A DNA stretch of 48,167 nt from Nitrospinota bacterium. GTDB lineage: Bacteria > UBA8248. The notes beneath the pieces were generated by a model. It did no database searches. It was not told where the DNA came from and worked only from the letters and a program-made list of their open reading frames with translations. Location of the stretch: positions 1 to 48,167 of the forward strand of contig JAPPHK010000240.1 in the NCBI GenBank assembly GCA_028820795.1. Direction: 5' to 3'. Positions 17,608 to 28,550 of the stretch are shown here, one piece after another. The position numbers were made by a program, and so were the translations under genes. The stretch's first letter is position 1; each line of letters begins with the position of its first letter.

Positions 17608-18492
17608 ATGGATATCCGCTCTAAAATCCGCGAATGGCTCCTGGAAGATTTTGGTGGCGCTCCCCTTCAGTATGACGCGGAAAAAGAACCCTCGTGTGTG
17701 GCGGAGTTGCGCTCGAAAAGCGATGCCATTCTCGCGGGATCTCCGTTTTTCCTTCCCATTCTGGAAGAGACCCAAAAACTATTGGCTCTCGGGAAAAGTC
17801 AATCGCCCGAGGTCAACTGGTTAAAAGATGAAGGAGCCAGAATTTCCAAAGGCGAACTTCTGGCGCACGTTTCCGGTCACACCCAGACCATCCTGAAAGC
17901 GGAGCGCACCGCGCTCAATCTCCTTTCGCATATCTCTGAAATAGCGACGCATACGGCAAATACCTTGGCTTGTTTCGTAGACTTCCCAGAATCTCTCAAA
18001 GGCATCATTGATACAAGAAAGAACCGGCCGGGCCTGCGTTATTTTGAAAAATACGCTGTTCGCGCAGGTGGCGGGCGGAACCATCGACTCGGTTTTTTCG
18101 ACGGAGAAATGATAAAGGACAACGACATCGTTGCCGCCGGTTCCATCGCCTCCGCCATCGACAGGCAATTCGGAAATCGCTACATGACGGAAACTCAAAT
18201 CGAAGTGCAGAGTTTGTCTCAACTGGAAGAAGTCATCGATGACGGACGAGTGCACATGATTCTGCTTGATAATATGGACATCGAAACTCTCCGAAAGGCA
18301 GTCGCAATTACCCGGAAAGTCGGCATCGCATCAAACACGAAAAAACCCTACGAGTTGGAAGCCTCCGGCATTGCCAACGCCGACATCAGGAGCGTTGCGG
18401 AAACGGGGGTAGACTATATCTCCACCAGCTCGCTCGTCCGCTCCGCCCCTCCACTTGACTTTCACATGAAGATCACAAAAGTAGATTTATGA
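17608..18492 (+). CDS. nadC: Nicotinate-nucleotide diphosphorylase (carboxylating)
   Basis: The motif TRKNRPGLRYFEKYAVRAGGGRNHRLGFFDGEMIKDND is the classic QPRTase core. The gene lies directly downstream of nadA. Confidence 0.9.
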   Translation: MDIRSKIREWLLEDFGGAPLQYDAEKEPSCVAELRSKSDAILAGSPFFLPILEETQKLLALGKSQSPEVNWLKDEGARISKGELLAHVSGHTQTILKAERTALNLLSHISEIATHTANTLACFVDFPESLKGIIDTRKNRPGLRYFEKYAVRAGGGRNHRLGFFDGEMIKDNDIVAAGSIASAIDRQFGNRYMTETQIEVQSLSQLEEVIDDGRVHMILLDNMDIETLRKAVAITRKVGIASNTKKPYELEASGIANADIRSVAETGVDYISTSSLVRSAPPLDFHMKITKVDL

Positions 18493-18568
18493 TACTCTCG
18501 AGAAAGTGTTTTTCACCGACTCGTCCCAATTTATTGTATCTTCGACTTAATTACTTCCGAGGGAAATC

Positions 18569-19093
18569 ATGTCTTTAGAAGTCGACTCTAAAAGCGTGGA
18601 ATACTACAAAGCTTCGGACGGGCGCATTATTGCCATCCACATTAAGGGAGATTTTAACGATTACACCAAATTTCCTCCATATCTGGACACGGAGGAAGCG
18701 AAAGAACACATCCTCACCGCATACGCCGGGCAGGACATTGAAGCGGAACGCAATACAAAAGCCCACATGACGGATGATGACGTGCCCCTGCAAATCATCG
18801 TCTTGAACAGACCCAAAGGCGCGATAACCAAAGCGCACTATCACGTGGTGGAAGAGAGAACCACGAATACCACACGGCACCAGATTCTCCTGTGCCAACG
18901 CGGGAAGGTTCGAGTCGGCGTATTTACGAAAGAAGGAGAAAATCTGGGCGATGCGATTTTGCATCGCGACGATCTCATACTGATGTACGAGGGACACGAG
19001 GTTGAATTCCTGGAAGATGATTCAAAACTCATCGAAATCAAAGAAGGCCCTTTCCCGGAAACAGACGAGCGCGACAAAGTCGATTTAAAATAA
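18569..19093 (+). CDS. Hypothetical protein, cupin-like beta-barrel (tentative)
   Basis: The 174-aa protein has KAHYHVVEE ... ILLCQRGKVRVGVF ... GHEVEF, which suggests a cupin fold. I recognised no specific family. Confidence 0.4.
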   Translation: MSLEVDSKSVEYYKASDGRIIAIHIKGDFNDYTKFPPYLDTEEAKEHILTAYAGQDIEAERNTKAHMTDDDVPLQIIVLNRPKGAITKAHYHVVEERTTNTTRHQILLCQRGKVRVGVFTKEGENLGDAILHRDDLILMYEGHEVEFLEDDSKLIEIKEGPFPETDERDKVDLK

Positions 19094-19136
19094 ACAGATA
19101 TGGACACCATCCAATCAGTCTATTTGGAGAGACGCC

Positions 19137-20153
19137 ATGAAATTTTGCACCTTTGAAGTGCGAACACCTGTTGGACCATTCGAGCGTTTGGGAGCCGTTG
19201 TATCCGAAGGCAATGACCTCCGATACGTCGACCTCAATTTCGCTGCAGCTGCGGAGTTCAAACAGCGTGGCTCTTCACGACCCCAAGCCATGGCGGACGC
19301 CCTCATTCCATCCGAGATGCTCGCCATCGCGGCATCGGGCAGAGGCGGTGTTGAAGCCGCCGAAGAAGCGCTCGAATTCGCACTCGAAAATGAAGACGCT
19401 ACCGGACCTCGCGGGGAGCAAATCATTTATTCACCGAGCGAAGCCCGGCTGCTCGCGCCCATCAAACAACCCCCGCTCATTCGCGGCTTCGCCGGATTCG
19501 AGCGTCATCTTAAAAAAACATTCGAAGTGATGAACATGGAAATCCCCAAAACCTGGTACGAGCGCCCCCTTGCCTTCAAAGCGAGTTGTGGTCACATGGC
19601 CGGGCCCGAGGAGGAAGTTCCCTGGCCGAGCTTCACAGAGAAAATGGATTTCGAACTCGAGTTCTGCTGCGTTATCGGCGTGCCGGGGAGAGACATCTCT
19701 GAAGAAGATGCGCATGAGCACATCTTTGGTTACGCGATATTGAACGACTGGAGCGCCCGGGACGCGCAGGGCGGCGAAATGGCGATGGGAACAGGGCCAT
19801 ACAAGAGCAAAGACTGGTGCTGGAGCCTTGGTCCCTGGATAGCTACACCCGATGAGGTCGGCGATCCCAAAAACATTCCCATGGCCGCGAGAGTCAATGG
19901 AGAAACATGGGTGGAAACCACACCCGGGGAGATGTATTGGACTTTCTCTCAAATCATCGCCTACACCGCCAGGGATGAGAATCTCCTGACTGGGGACTTA
20001 ATGGGATCAGGCACCGTTCCAGGAGGATGCGGCATGGAGATGGAACGCTGGATTCAACCGGGCGATATCGTGGAAATTGACATGGGGCCGCTGGGGGTCA
20101 TGAGAAACAAGGTTGGCCTAAAGCCGGAGCCCAAACCCTACACGTACAAATAG
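19137..20153 (+). CDS. Fumarylacetoacetate hydrolase (FAH) family protein
   Basis: Motifs DFELEFCCVIG, GYAILNDWSARD and GDLMGSGT are typical of FAH-family hydrolases and isomerases. Confidence 0.8.
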   Translation: MKFCTFEVRTPVGPFERLGAVVSEGNDLRYVDLNFAAAAEFKQRGSSRPQAMADALIPSEMLAIAASGRGGVEAAEEALEFALENEDATGPRGEQIIYSPSEARLLAPIKQPPLIRGFAGFERHLKKTFEVMNMEIPKTWYERPLAFKASCGHMAGPEEEVPWPSFTEKMDFELEFCCVIGVPGRDISEEDAHEHIFGYAILNDWSARDAQGGEMAMGTGPYKSKDWCWSLGPWIATPDEVGDPKNIPMAARVNGETWVETTPGEMYWTFSQIIAYTARDENLLTGDLMGSGTVPGGCGMEMERWIQPGDIVEIDMGPLGVMRNKVGLKPEPKPYTYK

Positions 20154-20155
20154 CC

Positions 20156-22525
20156 TTAAGATTCTTTTTCCTGGTCGCTTGCTTGTGGGTTCATGAGGTG
20201 AACGACTCTTTGCGGGAAAGGTATCTCGATACCTTCTTCTCGAAGCCGCCGATCGATCTCAAACCTCAAATCACTTGCGACCCCCAACCGTCTCATCACA
20301 TCTGAAGTAAAGCACCGTAATTCGAAATCCAGGCTGCTCGCGCCAAAATCGCGAAACACGACGGTAGGAGCGGGATCATCGCTTACCCGCTCGTTCTTCT
20401 CGGCGATATCCATAAGAATCCCCCGAACCTTTTCCACATCGGAGCCGTAAGCCACGCCTACCCCGATCTCCACGCGACCATACTGATCCCGATGCGTCAG
20501 GTTGGTAACCGATGTCGAAATAATCTCCGCGTTCGGAATAATCACCGATGCGCGCTGCCAGGTTTCGAGTTCCGTCGCGCGAAACTGTATTCTTTTCACA
20601 ATTCCCTCATCGCTGCCCACGCGCACCCAATCGCCAACCTTAATGGGCCTCTCAACCAAAAGTATCAATCCCGAAATAAAGTTGTTCACTACATTCTGCA
20701 GCCCGAAACCGATCCCCACCGAGAGCGCGCTGACAACCAGCGCCAGGTTCGAGAGATCAATCCCCGTCACTGAAATACTCAATAACGCCGCAACGATTAC
20801 GCCCGCATAACCGAATCCTGCATTCAGGGAGTGGCGTATCCCCGCAGGCAAACTCGTCTGCTCGAGAAACCTCTCGGACAACTGTCTTTGCAAGAACCTC
20901 GCTCCGGCCATGGCGATGAAGAAAATTGCAATAGCCAGGATAATTTCGATGACTGAGATACGAATGCTTCCCACCTGGAATCCGGACAAGGTTTGCATCG
21001 TCCAGCGAATCAGATCGTCCGGAGGCACTCCCCATACAGGCACGATAATCAGAACGCCGCATAAAAATACTACAGGATCAACAACGACTCGCCCCCAGGA
21101 ACGAAATCTTTCGAACGTACGGGAAGAAATGTGGAGTTTGTGCTGAATTGACTCAGATTCCGTCGACCAGGAAACCAGCTCGCGGACGTAACCACGCAAC
21201 AAAACAACCATCCACAACAAAAGGCCCGTCCAAAGAAGGTTGGTGAGAAGGCGCTTGCCCAGAGCGCTATATCCAACGAACAAAGCTGCAATACCTATAA
21301 CCGCAAGTAACCTTGCAGAACGACTAATGAATCTCCATGTCTTTTCTTGCTGCGAGATTTCACCCTCTTGAGCCGCTTCGGCTCGCCAGAGTTCTACTCT
21401 CCCCAGCTTCAAAAAAATCCAGCCCTCCAGAATACCAAATACGGTCGAATAGATAGATTGCGCTTCAGCGGAGCCTCCCCTTTCACCCCAAAGATTCGAA
21501 AAAAACATGTCGATTGAAAAAACAGCCGCCAGAATGAAAACCAAGCGATAAGCGCTTTGCGCATTCTCAGTGGATTGACTTGTAAGTCGCCAAGCCGGTC
21601 GGCTTGGGCAGAGAAAAGATTTTGCAAACGCAACAACAACACAAAAGAACAACATGGATAAAAGAAAAGACGTGAGCACTTCCGCAAACAGGCCGCTCAC
21701 CAAAGCACCCGGACGAGTCACCCATAAGTAGAGCACCGCTAAAACAGTTCCCGGTAAAATGCTGTTGCCGACGCTTTCCATTACGGCGCCGCCAAAGCGA
21801 CGCGAGTAAGAAGGCTCCAATATCCCTGAGTCTCGACCCGAGAATGTCAAAACGCTGCGCCTTATTCCCCATCCTAAAAATGCGCCCAGTATCAAAACCA
21901 CGAATCCCGGCAACAATACTGCGCTTCCGACAACACCCGTAGACCGATTTACAAACCAATCGAATGGAGAAAGGATAATTCGTCGAACTTCAACTGCAAT
22001 TTCCGGAACACCTTTATTGAGCACACCAGGCGCTATAGGTATCGGGGTTCTTCTGGACATGTCTCCCAAAAACCGCTCTAACCTCTCCCTGGACAATGTT
22101 TCTTCCAGCTCCGTTGCACGAACAATGGCCAAATCCGCCTCAGCGATTCGGGCCCGAGCGATAGCTGCTTGACGATTGTACTTTTCCCTTTTCTCGGCTA
22201 TCTCTCTTGCCTCCGGAGAACTGTCTTTTGCCGGGGGAGGGCCAATCGCCCGGAGGAGTCTTTCGGAAAGCTGGAGATCTTTTTGAAAGCCTAGTTTGGC
22301 GCTATCCGCTCGCGAGCGGACTTGCCGCACCAAGGACAAATAGCCCTGAGTACGGGCCGGGGTTTTTTCTTTGCCCTGAAGATAAAGATTAGCGTCTCGC
22401 AAAACGATTGCCCAATCCTTTGTTTCTGCTGTTTCGATTGAAGCAACGTCCACCGCTAACGTTACCGAGGAGAGGAAAAGCGAAATCACCAAAACAAAAT
22501 AAAGACAAACTAATCTGCGGCTCAT
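20156..22525 (-). CDS. Large mechanosensitive channel (MscS family, MscK/KefA-like architecture)
   Basis: It has an N-terminal signal-like segment, a coiled periplasmic region and many TM helices. The MscS core is present (ISGLILLVERPIKVGDWVRVG...GIVKRIQFRATELETW...IIPNAEI). ATG 22525 is preferred over the TTG at 22567. Confidence 0.85.
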   Translation of the reverse strand: MSRRLVCLYFVLVISLFLSSVTLAVDVASIETAETKDWAIVLRDANLYLQGKEKTPARTQGYLSLVRQVRSRADSAKLGFQKDLQLSERLLRAIGPPPAKDSSPEAREIAEKREKYNRQAAIARARIAEADLAIVRATELEETLSRERLERFLGDMSRRTPIPIAPGVLNKGVPEIAVEVRRIILSPFDWFVNRSTGVVGSAVLLPGFVVLILGAFLGWGIRRSVLTFSGRDSGILEPSYSRRFGGAVMESVGNSILPGTVLAVLYLWVTRPGALVSGLFAEVLTSFLLSMLFFCVVVAFAKSFLCPSRPAWRLTSQSTENAQSAYRLVFILAAVFSIDMFFSNLWGERGGSAEAQSIYSTVFGILEGWIFLKLGRVELWRAEAAQEGEISQQEKTWRFISRSARLLAVIGIAALFVGYSALGKRLLTNLLWTGLLLWMVVLLRGYVRELVSWSTESESIQHKLHISSRTFERFRSWGRVVVDPVVFLCGVLIIVPVWGVPPDDLIRWTMQTLSGFQVGSIRISVIEIILAIAIFFIAMAGARFLQRQLSERFLEQTSLPAGIRHSLNAGFGYAGVIVAALLSISVTGIDLSNLALVVSALSVGIGFGLQNVVNNFISGLILLVERPIKVGDWVRVGSDEGIVKRIQFRATELETWQRASVIIPNAEIISTSVTNLTHRDQYGRVEIGVGVAYGSDVEKVRGILMDIAEKNERVSDDPAPTVVFRDFGASSLDFELRCFTSDVMRRLGVASDLRFEIDRRLREEGIEIPFPQRVVHLMNPQASDQEKES

Positions 22526-22799
22526 GAGTCTCTCGCTTTCGACATCATTTACGTCCACGGATGTCAAAATGAAGAAAATCCAATATCAAACAGCCTCACC
22601 ATCTGTATTTATACTACTGAGTTTCAGCCCCACGCGAACATGGTTCGACGCTGCCACTAAAATTATTATGACCAAAGCGCCGGTGAGCAACTGGGCCATG
22701 ACGCTAGATTCATGGTATTTCATAGTTCCGTTCCATCATCGCAATTGCCCATTTGCCGTAGAGCCTCGGCATCACACGCAACATCCGTTTTGCCAATCA

Positions 22800-24176
22800 T
22801 CAATATCCTGCTTCTGCATGTGAGCCTATTCCTCTTCGTCTGCTCCAAACCAAAAACCAAACCAGGAGGCATATACCACCCGTAAAATGACTTATCGTCA
22901 TCGCGCCCCATACACCCGAGGCTTCGAATCCCAAAGGCAACGCGGCAAAATACGCGAGAGGAATCTGAAAACCCCACCGGACGAAAGCTTCCACAACCAT
23001 CGGCGGTTTCGTGTTCGCTGCTCCTTGAAAAGCACCCGCCAGCATTCGCCGGACAGCTTCAAACAAAGTGCCGATGGAGAGTATGCGGACACAAGCGACG
23101 CCAACGTCGACTCCCTCGCCCTTCATTCCGAAAATCAAGACAATTTCCCTTGCGAAAAAATACAAAAGAAATGTCACGCCACACATCATGACGAACAAGC
23201 CGGCCATAGCGAAATAGACGCTTTTTAGCGCCCTATCGGGACGATTGGCGCCTACGTTTTGTCCCACCATCGTCCGTACGGCAGATTGAATTCCAAAACC
23301 GGGCAATCGCGAAAACGTCCCGAGCCGATTCCCAATCGACCATGCGGCTAATACCACTGGCCCAAACAACGCCAAAATCTTGAGCAAGATGAGAAGGGCG
23401 CCGCGCTCCAGTAAATTTTGCGCCGCCGCGGGCCAGCCCAACAAAATAATACGGCGCATGCTTTTCAAATCGGGTTTGAGATGAACTAACCTGATACGGA
23501 GACGAGAACGCCCCGATGTCAAAAACCACAGGACGACAAGAACTCCTATGATGCGACCAATTCCAATACCAATAGCGGAACCTGGGAGTCCGAATCCCGC
23601 GAACGGCCCAATACCAAAAACAAGGAGGGGAATGAACGTAATGGATAAAAGCGTCGAAATTCCAAGGCCAATCAAGGATTTTCCAGGTTCACCGGAAGAT
23701 TTCAACATATGCGAAACGGTGAAAATACCATCCACGAACGCGATGGTTAGAAAAGATGCCTGCAAATACCCAACGCCAACTCGAATTACATTCGTATCAG
23801 AAGTCAAAAGACCGAGCAAATACGATGACAACACATAACCAAGAATGCTGATTGAAACGTAATAGACACCCGCCAGCAAAATCGCCTGTGCCGCCGCATG
23901 GCTTGCGTGTTCAGGTTCTTTCGCTCCGATTCTCTGGGCCACCAAAGCGCTGCCCGCGATTCTGATGCCGAAGCCGACTGCACGAAAAAAGAAGATGATC
24001 ATAAAACTCAAAGAAACTGCAGCCAGATATTCGGGCCCCAAACGTCCTACCCAAAAGATTTCGACCAGTATGTCGGCGTTCCAGGCTATCGGTTCCAGAC
24101 ATGACGGAACAGCCAGGCGAAACAGCCCAAAGCCGATTGAACCTTTTGTGTAGTCATAACGCTTAATGGATTTCAT
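22800..24176 (-). CDS. MATE family efflux transporter (copy 2)
   Basis: This is a polytopic protein starting MKSIKRYDYTKGSIGFGLFRLAVP, parallel to the upstream paralog's RRYDYTKGPIGRSLVVLSLP. Its ATG overlaps the upstream stop (ATGA at 24173-24176). The ORF-track start at 24320 is rejected. Confidence 0.8.
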   Translation of the reverse strand: MKSIKRYDYTKGSIGFGLFRLAVPSCLEPIAWNADILVEIFWVGRLGPEYLAAVSLSFMIIFFFRAVGFGIRIAGSALVAQRIGAKEPEHASHAAAQAILLAGVYYVSISILGYVLSSYLLGLLTSDTNVIRVGVGYLQASFLTIAFVDGIFTVSHMLKSSGEPGKSLIGLGISTLLSITFIPLLVFGIGPFAGFGLPGSAIGIGIGRIIGVLVVLWFLTSGRSRLRIRLVHLKPDLKSMRRIILLGWPAAAQNLLERGALLILLKILALFGPVVLAAWSIGNRLGTFSRLPGFGIQSAVRTMVGQNVGANRPDRALKSVYFAMAGLFVMMCGVTFLLYFFAREIVLIFGMKGEGVDVGVACVRILSIGTLFEAVRRMLAGAFQGAANTKPPMVVEAFVRWGFQIPLAYFAALPLGFEASGVWGAMTISHFTGGICLLVWFLVWSRRRGIGSHAEAGY

Positions 24177-25576
24177 GAAGAATGTGATTCGCCCTTTGGC
24201 ACCATACTTTCTAACTTTCTCCGCCAACCAATCGCAAACCACACGAATAACGCCAATCCACCGATGAGTTGACTCGCCGCTACCGCCCACCAAATACCCA
24301 ATTCCCGAAATCCCATCCAAACCGCCAGCATATATGCGCCCGGCAACTGCACGATCCAGCGAACGATTGCTTCAACGATCATGGGAGGCCTGGTGGATGA
24401 CGCCCCTTCAAATATTCCCGCCACGACACGCCTGGTAGCTTCAAATCCAAGGCCTACACACAAAATTTGCAGGCAAATCACCGCGTGGGGCAATGCGGCG
24501 CCTTTTATCCCGAAAAAAGTAACGACTTCTTTGCTCCAGACAACGAAGCCTGTGATGACGACAACCATGATGGAAACAACAGTCCCTACCGTCACCCAAG
24601 CGCTGCGGATGGCCCGCTCAGGCTTTCTCGCGCCGATATTTTGACCCACCATCGTCCGCACAGCCCCCTGGAGGGAAAACCCGGGCATTCTTCCCATATT
24701 GTTGACACGACTGCCCAGGCCCCATGCCGCAAGAGCAAGCGCGCCAAACGGAGCAAGCATCCACACCAATACCAAGTTGGCGCCTCTCTCAAAAAACATT
24801 TGCCCCCAAGCGGGCCAACCCAGCCCAAGTATGCGCTTCATCTCAGTGGGACGCGGGCTCAGATGGTGCCATTTCAGGTGTATTCTGGCATACCCCCTGA
24901 ATAGAATGAGTAACATCACGAGGCAACCCGCCAGCCTTCCCGCGCCTAAACCGAAATAAGCGCCAGCCAGATGAAACGGAGGGATCAATCCGAATCCAAA
25001 GATAAAAGCGGGCATGGCGATGAATGTAACGCCTGAATTGATAATCATGCCGAAAAGCGAATATTTCGGTTCACCAGCGCCTCGGAATAAATTTGCAAGG
25101 GTGAATATTCCGTCGACGAACAAAAGCACGAGGAACCCGGCTCGCAGATAAATCGTCGATAAATACAAAAGTTTCGGATCAGACGTCATCCACCCCATAA
25201 AGTAAGGTGAGAAGATGTATCCTGCGCCGCAAAAGGGAATGAAGAAGAACGTTTGAAGCAAAATACATTGACCTGCAATAAGAGCAGCACCTTCCTCATC
25301 ATTCGCGCCAACTCTTTGCGCAACCAGCGCTTGGCCCGCTACACGAATACCCATGCCCATTGCTCTCACCATCATGGGAATCATGTAGCCCAATGACATC
25401 GCTCCGAGTGCGTCCGAGCCCAACCGGCCCACCCAGTAAATTTCAACGATCGTATCGATGTTCCAAGAAATCAGTTCAGCGAAAATCGGCAGGGACAGAA
25501 CTACTAAGCTTCGCCCGATGGGGCCTTTGGTATAATCATATCTTCTTGTTTTCGACCGCAATTGAGCCATGCGCAC
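24173..25576 (-). CDS. MATE family efflux transporter (copy 1)
   Basis: The 467-aa protein has about 12 TM helices and is clearly paralogous to the downstream gene along its whole length. Confidence 0.8.
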   Translation of the reverse strand: MRMAQLRSKTRRYDYTKGPIGRSLVVLSLPIFAELISWNIDTIVEIYWVGRLGSDALGAMSLGYMIPMMVRAMGMGIRVAGQALVAQRVGANDEEGAALIAGQCILLQTFFFIPFCGAGYIFSPYFMGWMTSDPKLLYLSTIYLRAGFLVLLFVDGIFTLANLFRGAGEPKYSLFGMIINSGVTFIAMPAFIFGFGLIPPFHLAGAYFGLGAGRLAGCLVMLLILFRGYARIHLKWHHLSPRPTEMKRILGLGWPAWGQMFFERGANLVLVWMLAPFGALALAAWGLGSRVNNMGRMPGFSLQGAVRTMVGQNIGARKPERAIRSAWVTVGTVVSIMVVVITGFVVWSKEVVTFFGIKGAALPHAVICLQILCVGLGFEATRRVVAGIFEGASSTRPPMIVEAIVRWIVQLPGAYMLAVWMGFRELGIWWAVAASQLIGGLALFVWFAIGWRRKLESMVPKGESHSS

Positions 25577-25706
25577 ATACTATCCTAATCAAAGCTATTT
25601 GGATGCAGTATTTACAGATGGGGATTTCCCCGGAGGGCTGGAAAGTTTTCACTCCACAAGATAGGTTGCACCCATTAACGAAGTATCCACGCTCAGCACA
25701 ACCGGA

Positions 25707-26501
25707 ATGTTTGGTGCTCTCATGCTCGATTTCATAGAAAAAACACTCAAAGATGCGGGCGCACTGGCCTTGTCGTTCATGAACAACGCCATAGGCGAGC
25801 AAAAACAAGACCGAAGTCTGGTGAGCGAGGCGGACCTCGAAGTGGAAAGATTCATTATTTCCCGCCTGAAGACATCATTCCCGAACGACAATGTTATCGG
25901 CGAAGAACTCGGCGGCGGAGAAACTCAATACTCCAAACACTCGCGTCTTTGGGCGATTGACCCCATTGATGGCACCAACCCGTTTCTGAACGGCCTGCCC
26001 ACATGGGGCGTATCCATCGGCGTCATGGAAAACGGAAAACCCCTCGCCGGAGGATTCTACATGCCCGTCGTGGATGAAATATTTCTTGCCCGCGTGGGAG
26101 AAAGCGCCACCAAAAACGGGAAGATACTTCCTAATCTCAAAAACATGGAAATATCCAATCAAACCGTCATGCTTGGTCCCTCGTCTCGAAAGCGTTTTTA
26201 TAAAATAGATTATCCAGGAAAATCCGTCGCCTATGGAAGCGCTTCCGCACATGTGGCGTATGCGGCTACCGGTGGCGTCATCGCCGCTTTGGTCGATAGA
26301 CCCCAAATTTGGGATATCTTGGGTCCTCTCGCCGTATTACAGGAAGTGGGAGGAGGCGCATATCATCCTGATGGCCATTCTCTCGATCTCCAGAAACTCG
26401 CGAATGGCGAAAAAGCCGAAGGGCCCGTCTTTTTTGGCCTAAAGGAAAATGCGGAAAAAATATTCCCTCTTATCGAAGTGTACCCCAGGCCAAAGTTCTA
26501 G
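25707..26501 (+). CDS. Inositol monophosphatase family protein
   Basis: The motifs WAIDPIDGTNPF and EELGG metal-binding context are typical of the IMPase/SuhB/CysQ fold. Confidence 0.8.
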   Translation: MFGALMLDFIEKTLKDAGALALSFMNNAIGEQKQDRSLVSEADLEVERFIISRLKTSFPNDNVIGEELGGGETQYSKHSRLWAIDPIDGTNPFLNGLPTWGVSIGVMENGKPLAGGFYMPVVDEIFLARVGESATKNGKILPNLKNMEISNQTVMLGPSSRKRFYKIDYPGKSVAYGSASAHVAYAATGGVIAALVDRPQIWDILGPLAVLQEVGGGAYHPDGHSLDLQKLANGEKAEGPVFFGLKENAEKIFPLIEVYPRPKF

Positions 26502-26604
26502 TTTTCAGCCCTGAAACCCGGCTCCGAAATCACTTTGCATTAAATCCCCTTCATCAAAACGAAACAGGCGATAGCCGCTTATATACGGCTCAATCGCAAC
26601 TTTT

Positions 26605-28476
26605 CTAAGTATCCACCCAAACAGGACTAGACCAAGCGATTTCCCCATCGTCTTGCACTAAACGGACATAATAATAATCCGACGCCCTCTCCCTGCCACT
26701 CGAATCGATCCACTCAAAAGAGACCGATTCCCGCCCCGGTTCATCTACATGAATTTCTCTCGCATTCTTGATGAATACGAGTTTACGGACCGGGGAGCAG
26801 GCCTCTGCACGAACTTTCAGTTTTCTAACAGCCAATTCATCCAACTTAATCTCTGAGCCCATGGGGGCGTCATTCAAGAAAAACTCAAGAATAATTCGCG
26901 CTCCTGTCGTGGCGTAGCAACGCCGCTCCCAAAGGGCCTTGAATATACCTTCCCGATCAAAGGTCTGCGCCCACACACAAGCCAATCCTCCTCTCCAGGC
27001 ATTCTTGAGGCGCAACCGATTCGAAAATCCAGGCTGAGAAGTGTGCGTATCCGAACCAGCGATGATGCCCAGGCGATATCCTTTCTCGAGCGCATCCTGC
27101 ACGCTTTGTCCTTCGTAGCGCGCCGGATTAACCAAAGGCCTTTCACAGCCATTGGCTTCGGAGTTGCCCCAACAGGAATAAATTTCGACGAGGCGCTGAA
27201 ACCTCGGGTCGTGCCAGCGCCAGCGGGTGCCAATCACAGCACTCACCGAGTGATGGGGAATTGTCATCACGCGGCCCTCTAATCCTTCCAGTTGTTTCCA
27301 GAGCTTTGCCGGATGATCGGAGTCGGAGTTTCGGGAGTCGAGCTTCGGAATATCCTGGTCATCCAAGAAATAGACATTCTTGTTCCCATCTTGCTCCAGC
27401 ATGCCAAACCATTCATACGCAGGAAGGGCCACGTATCTTCCCGCTTCAGAAAAACGATTCGCCGCATCAGCAACTTCTTTCCATTGCGCCTCATCCATTC
27501 GCATGGCCAAAGAAGTGCATGCGGCGAAATCCACCCCTGCGCAATCCCGCGCATAGGTGTGGACGTACTCCACGATTTCGCGCGCGGTCGATGGTCTCGG
27601 ATATTCCCCCACGCACAATCCGCTCATGCAATGCGGGTCTCCAAAAAGAAGCGTGCGTTCCGGGGCTTCGTCAAAGACCTGGATTGGTGGTGTATGAGCG
27701 GCTGGCAATCCATCCGCCAAGACCTTCAGCCGATGAACGCCCCGAGCTCTCAACACTATATTTTCGCAAACAAAAACCCCGGGGGACTCCTGTTGAAAAG
27801 TTGCGCTGCTTTCATCAGGCAACTGTAGTTTCGGGGTGGATGTACCTGTTATCGCAACATTATGAAAACAATCTCGCACCACAACCCGGACGGAAAAGTC
27901 CTGTCCCTTGATTACCTGCGCCGGCGCCGTCACCCAAAGGAAGGATGGTTCCTCGGGAAGCACATCAAAGGTCGGAGGATTTGAAATAAGCTCCCAGTTA
28001 CCCTCACCGCCAGAATCAATGGATAAAGTGACCTCGACAGACATGGCCAAGAACTGCGCCTGCACACCGGGGATGCCGGATGGCGTCCATCCATAGTCGA
28101 GCTCGATGGAATCACCTTCCTCTAAAGAGGAACCCTGAACCTTTAATTCAAGGCTGGCCGGAAGGAAAGTATAGCCTAGCACCGGTTCTATTAATGCAGG
28201 AACTAAAGCAACTTTCTCGTTCGAGCATCGGAATTTACAATATCCTGCAGCCGTCACGTTTTCAAATTGGGGCGTCGTGAACCCGTTAGGAGGCGTGAAT
28301 CGAAGACCCCCGCCTTGGTCGATTCCACGCGGACCAACTTCATATGCAACGCGCCACTTCCCCATCCTGCCCGCTACGATCGGGTTTTGAGGCGCTATCT
28401 CCGCACGACCAATATCTTCACCATGAAAATACTCTCGCAGCGCACCAATCCCCCGCCGAGGGGCTGTCATGAACAA
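26605..28476 (-). CDS. DUF3604/PHP-like metal-dependent hydrolase-like protein with an unknown N-terminal beta-rich half
   Basis: The C-terminal half has FGDPHC, IPHHS, GSDTHT and CYATTGARI, resembling what I recall of DUF3604. The first histidine motif is degenerate (GDPHCMS). The N-terminal ~270 aa is unassigned. Confidence 0.5.
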   Translation of the reverse strand: MFMTAPRRGIGALREYFHGEDIGRAEIAPQNPIVAGRMGKWRVAYEVGPRGIDQGGGLRFTPPNGFTTPQFENVTAAGYCKFRCSNEKVALVPALIEPVLGYTFLPASLELKVQGSSLEEGDSIELDYGWTPSGIPGVQAQFLAMSVEVTLSIDSGGEGNWELISNPPTFDVLPEEPSFLWVTAPAQVIKGQDFSVRVVVRDCFHNVAITGTSTPKLQLPDESSATFQQESPGVFVCENIVLRARGVHRLKVLADGLPAAHTPPIQVFDEAPERTLLFGDPHCMSGLCVGEYPRPSTAREIVEYVHTYARDCAGVDFAACTSLAMRMDEAQWKEVADAANRFSEAGRYVALPAYEWFGMLEQDGNKNVYFLDDQDIPKLDSRNSDSDHPAKLWKQLEGLEGRVMTIPHHSVSAVIGTRWRWHDPRFQRLVEIYSCWGNSEANGCERPLVNPARYEGQSVQDALEKGYRLGIIAGSDTHTSQPGFSNRLRLKNAWRGGLACVWAQTFDREGIFKALWERRCYATTGARIILEFFLNDAPMGSEIKLDELAVRKLKVRAEACSPVRKLVFIKNAREIHVDEPGRESVSFEWIDSSGRERASDYYYVRLVQDDGEIAWSSPVWVDT

Positions 28477-28550
28477 CCTCCCTTTCGAATAAAGAAAGTT
28501 TTAAAACTCATGGCCACGAAAGAGAAAACCTTCTAAAGGAATGAGCGAAT

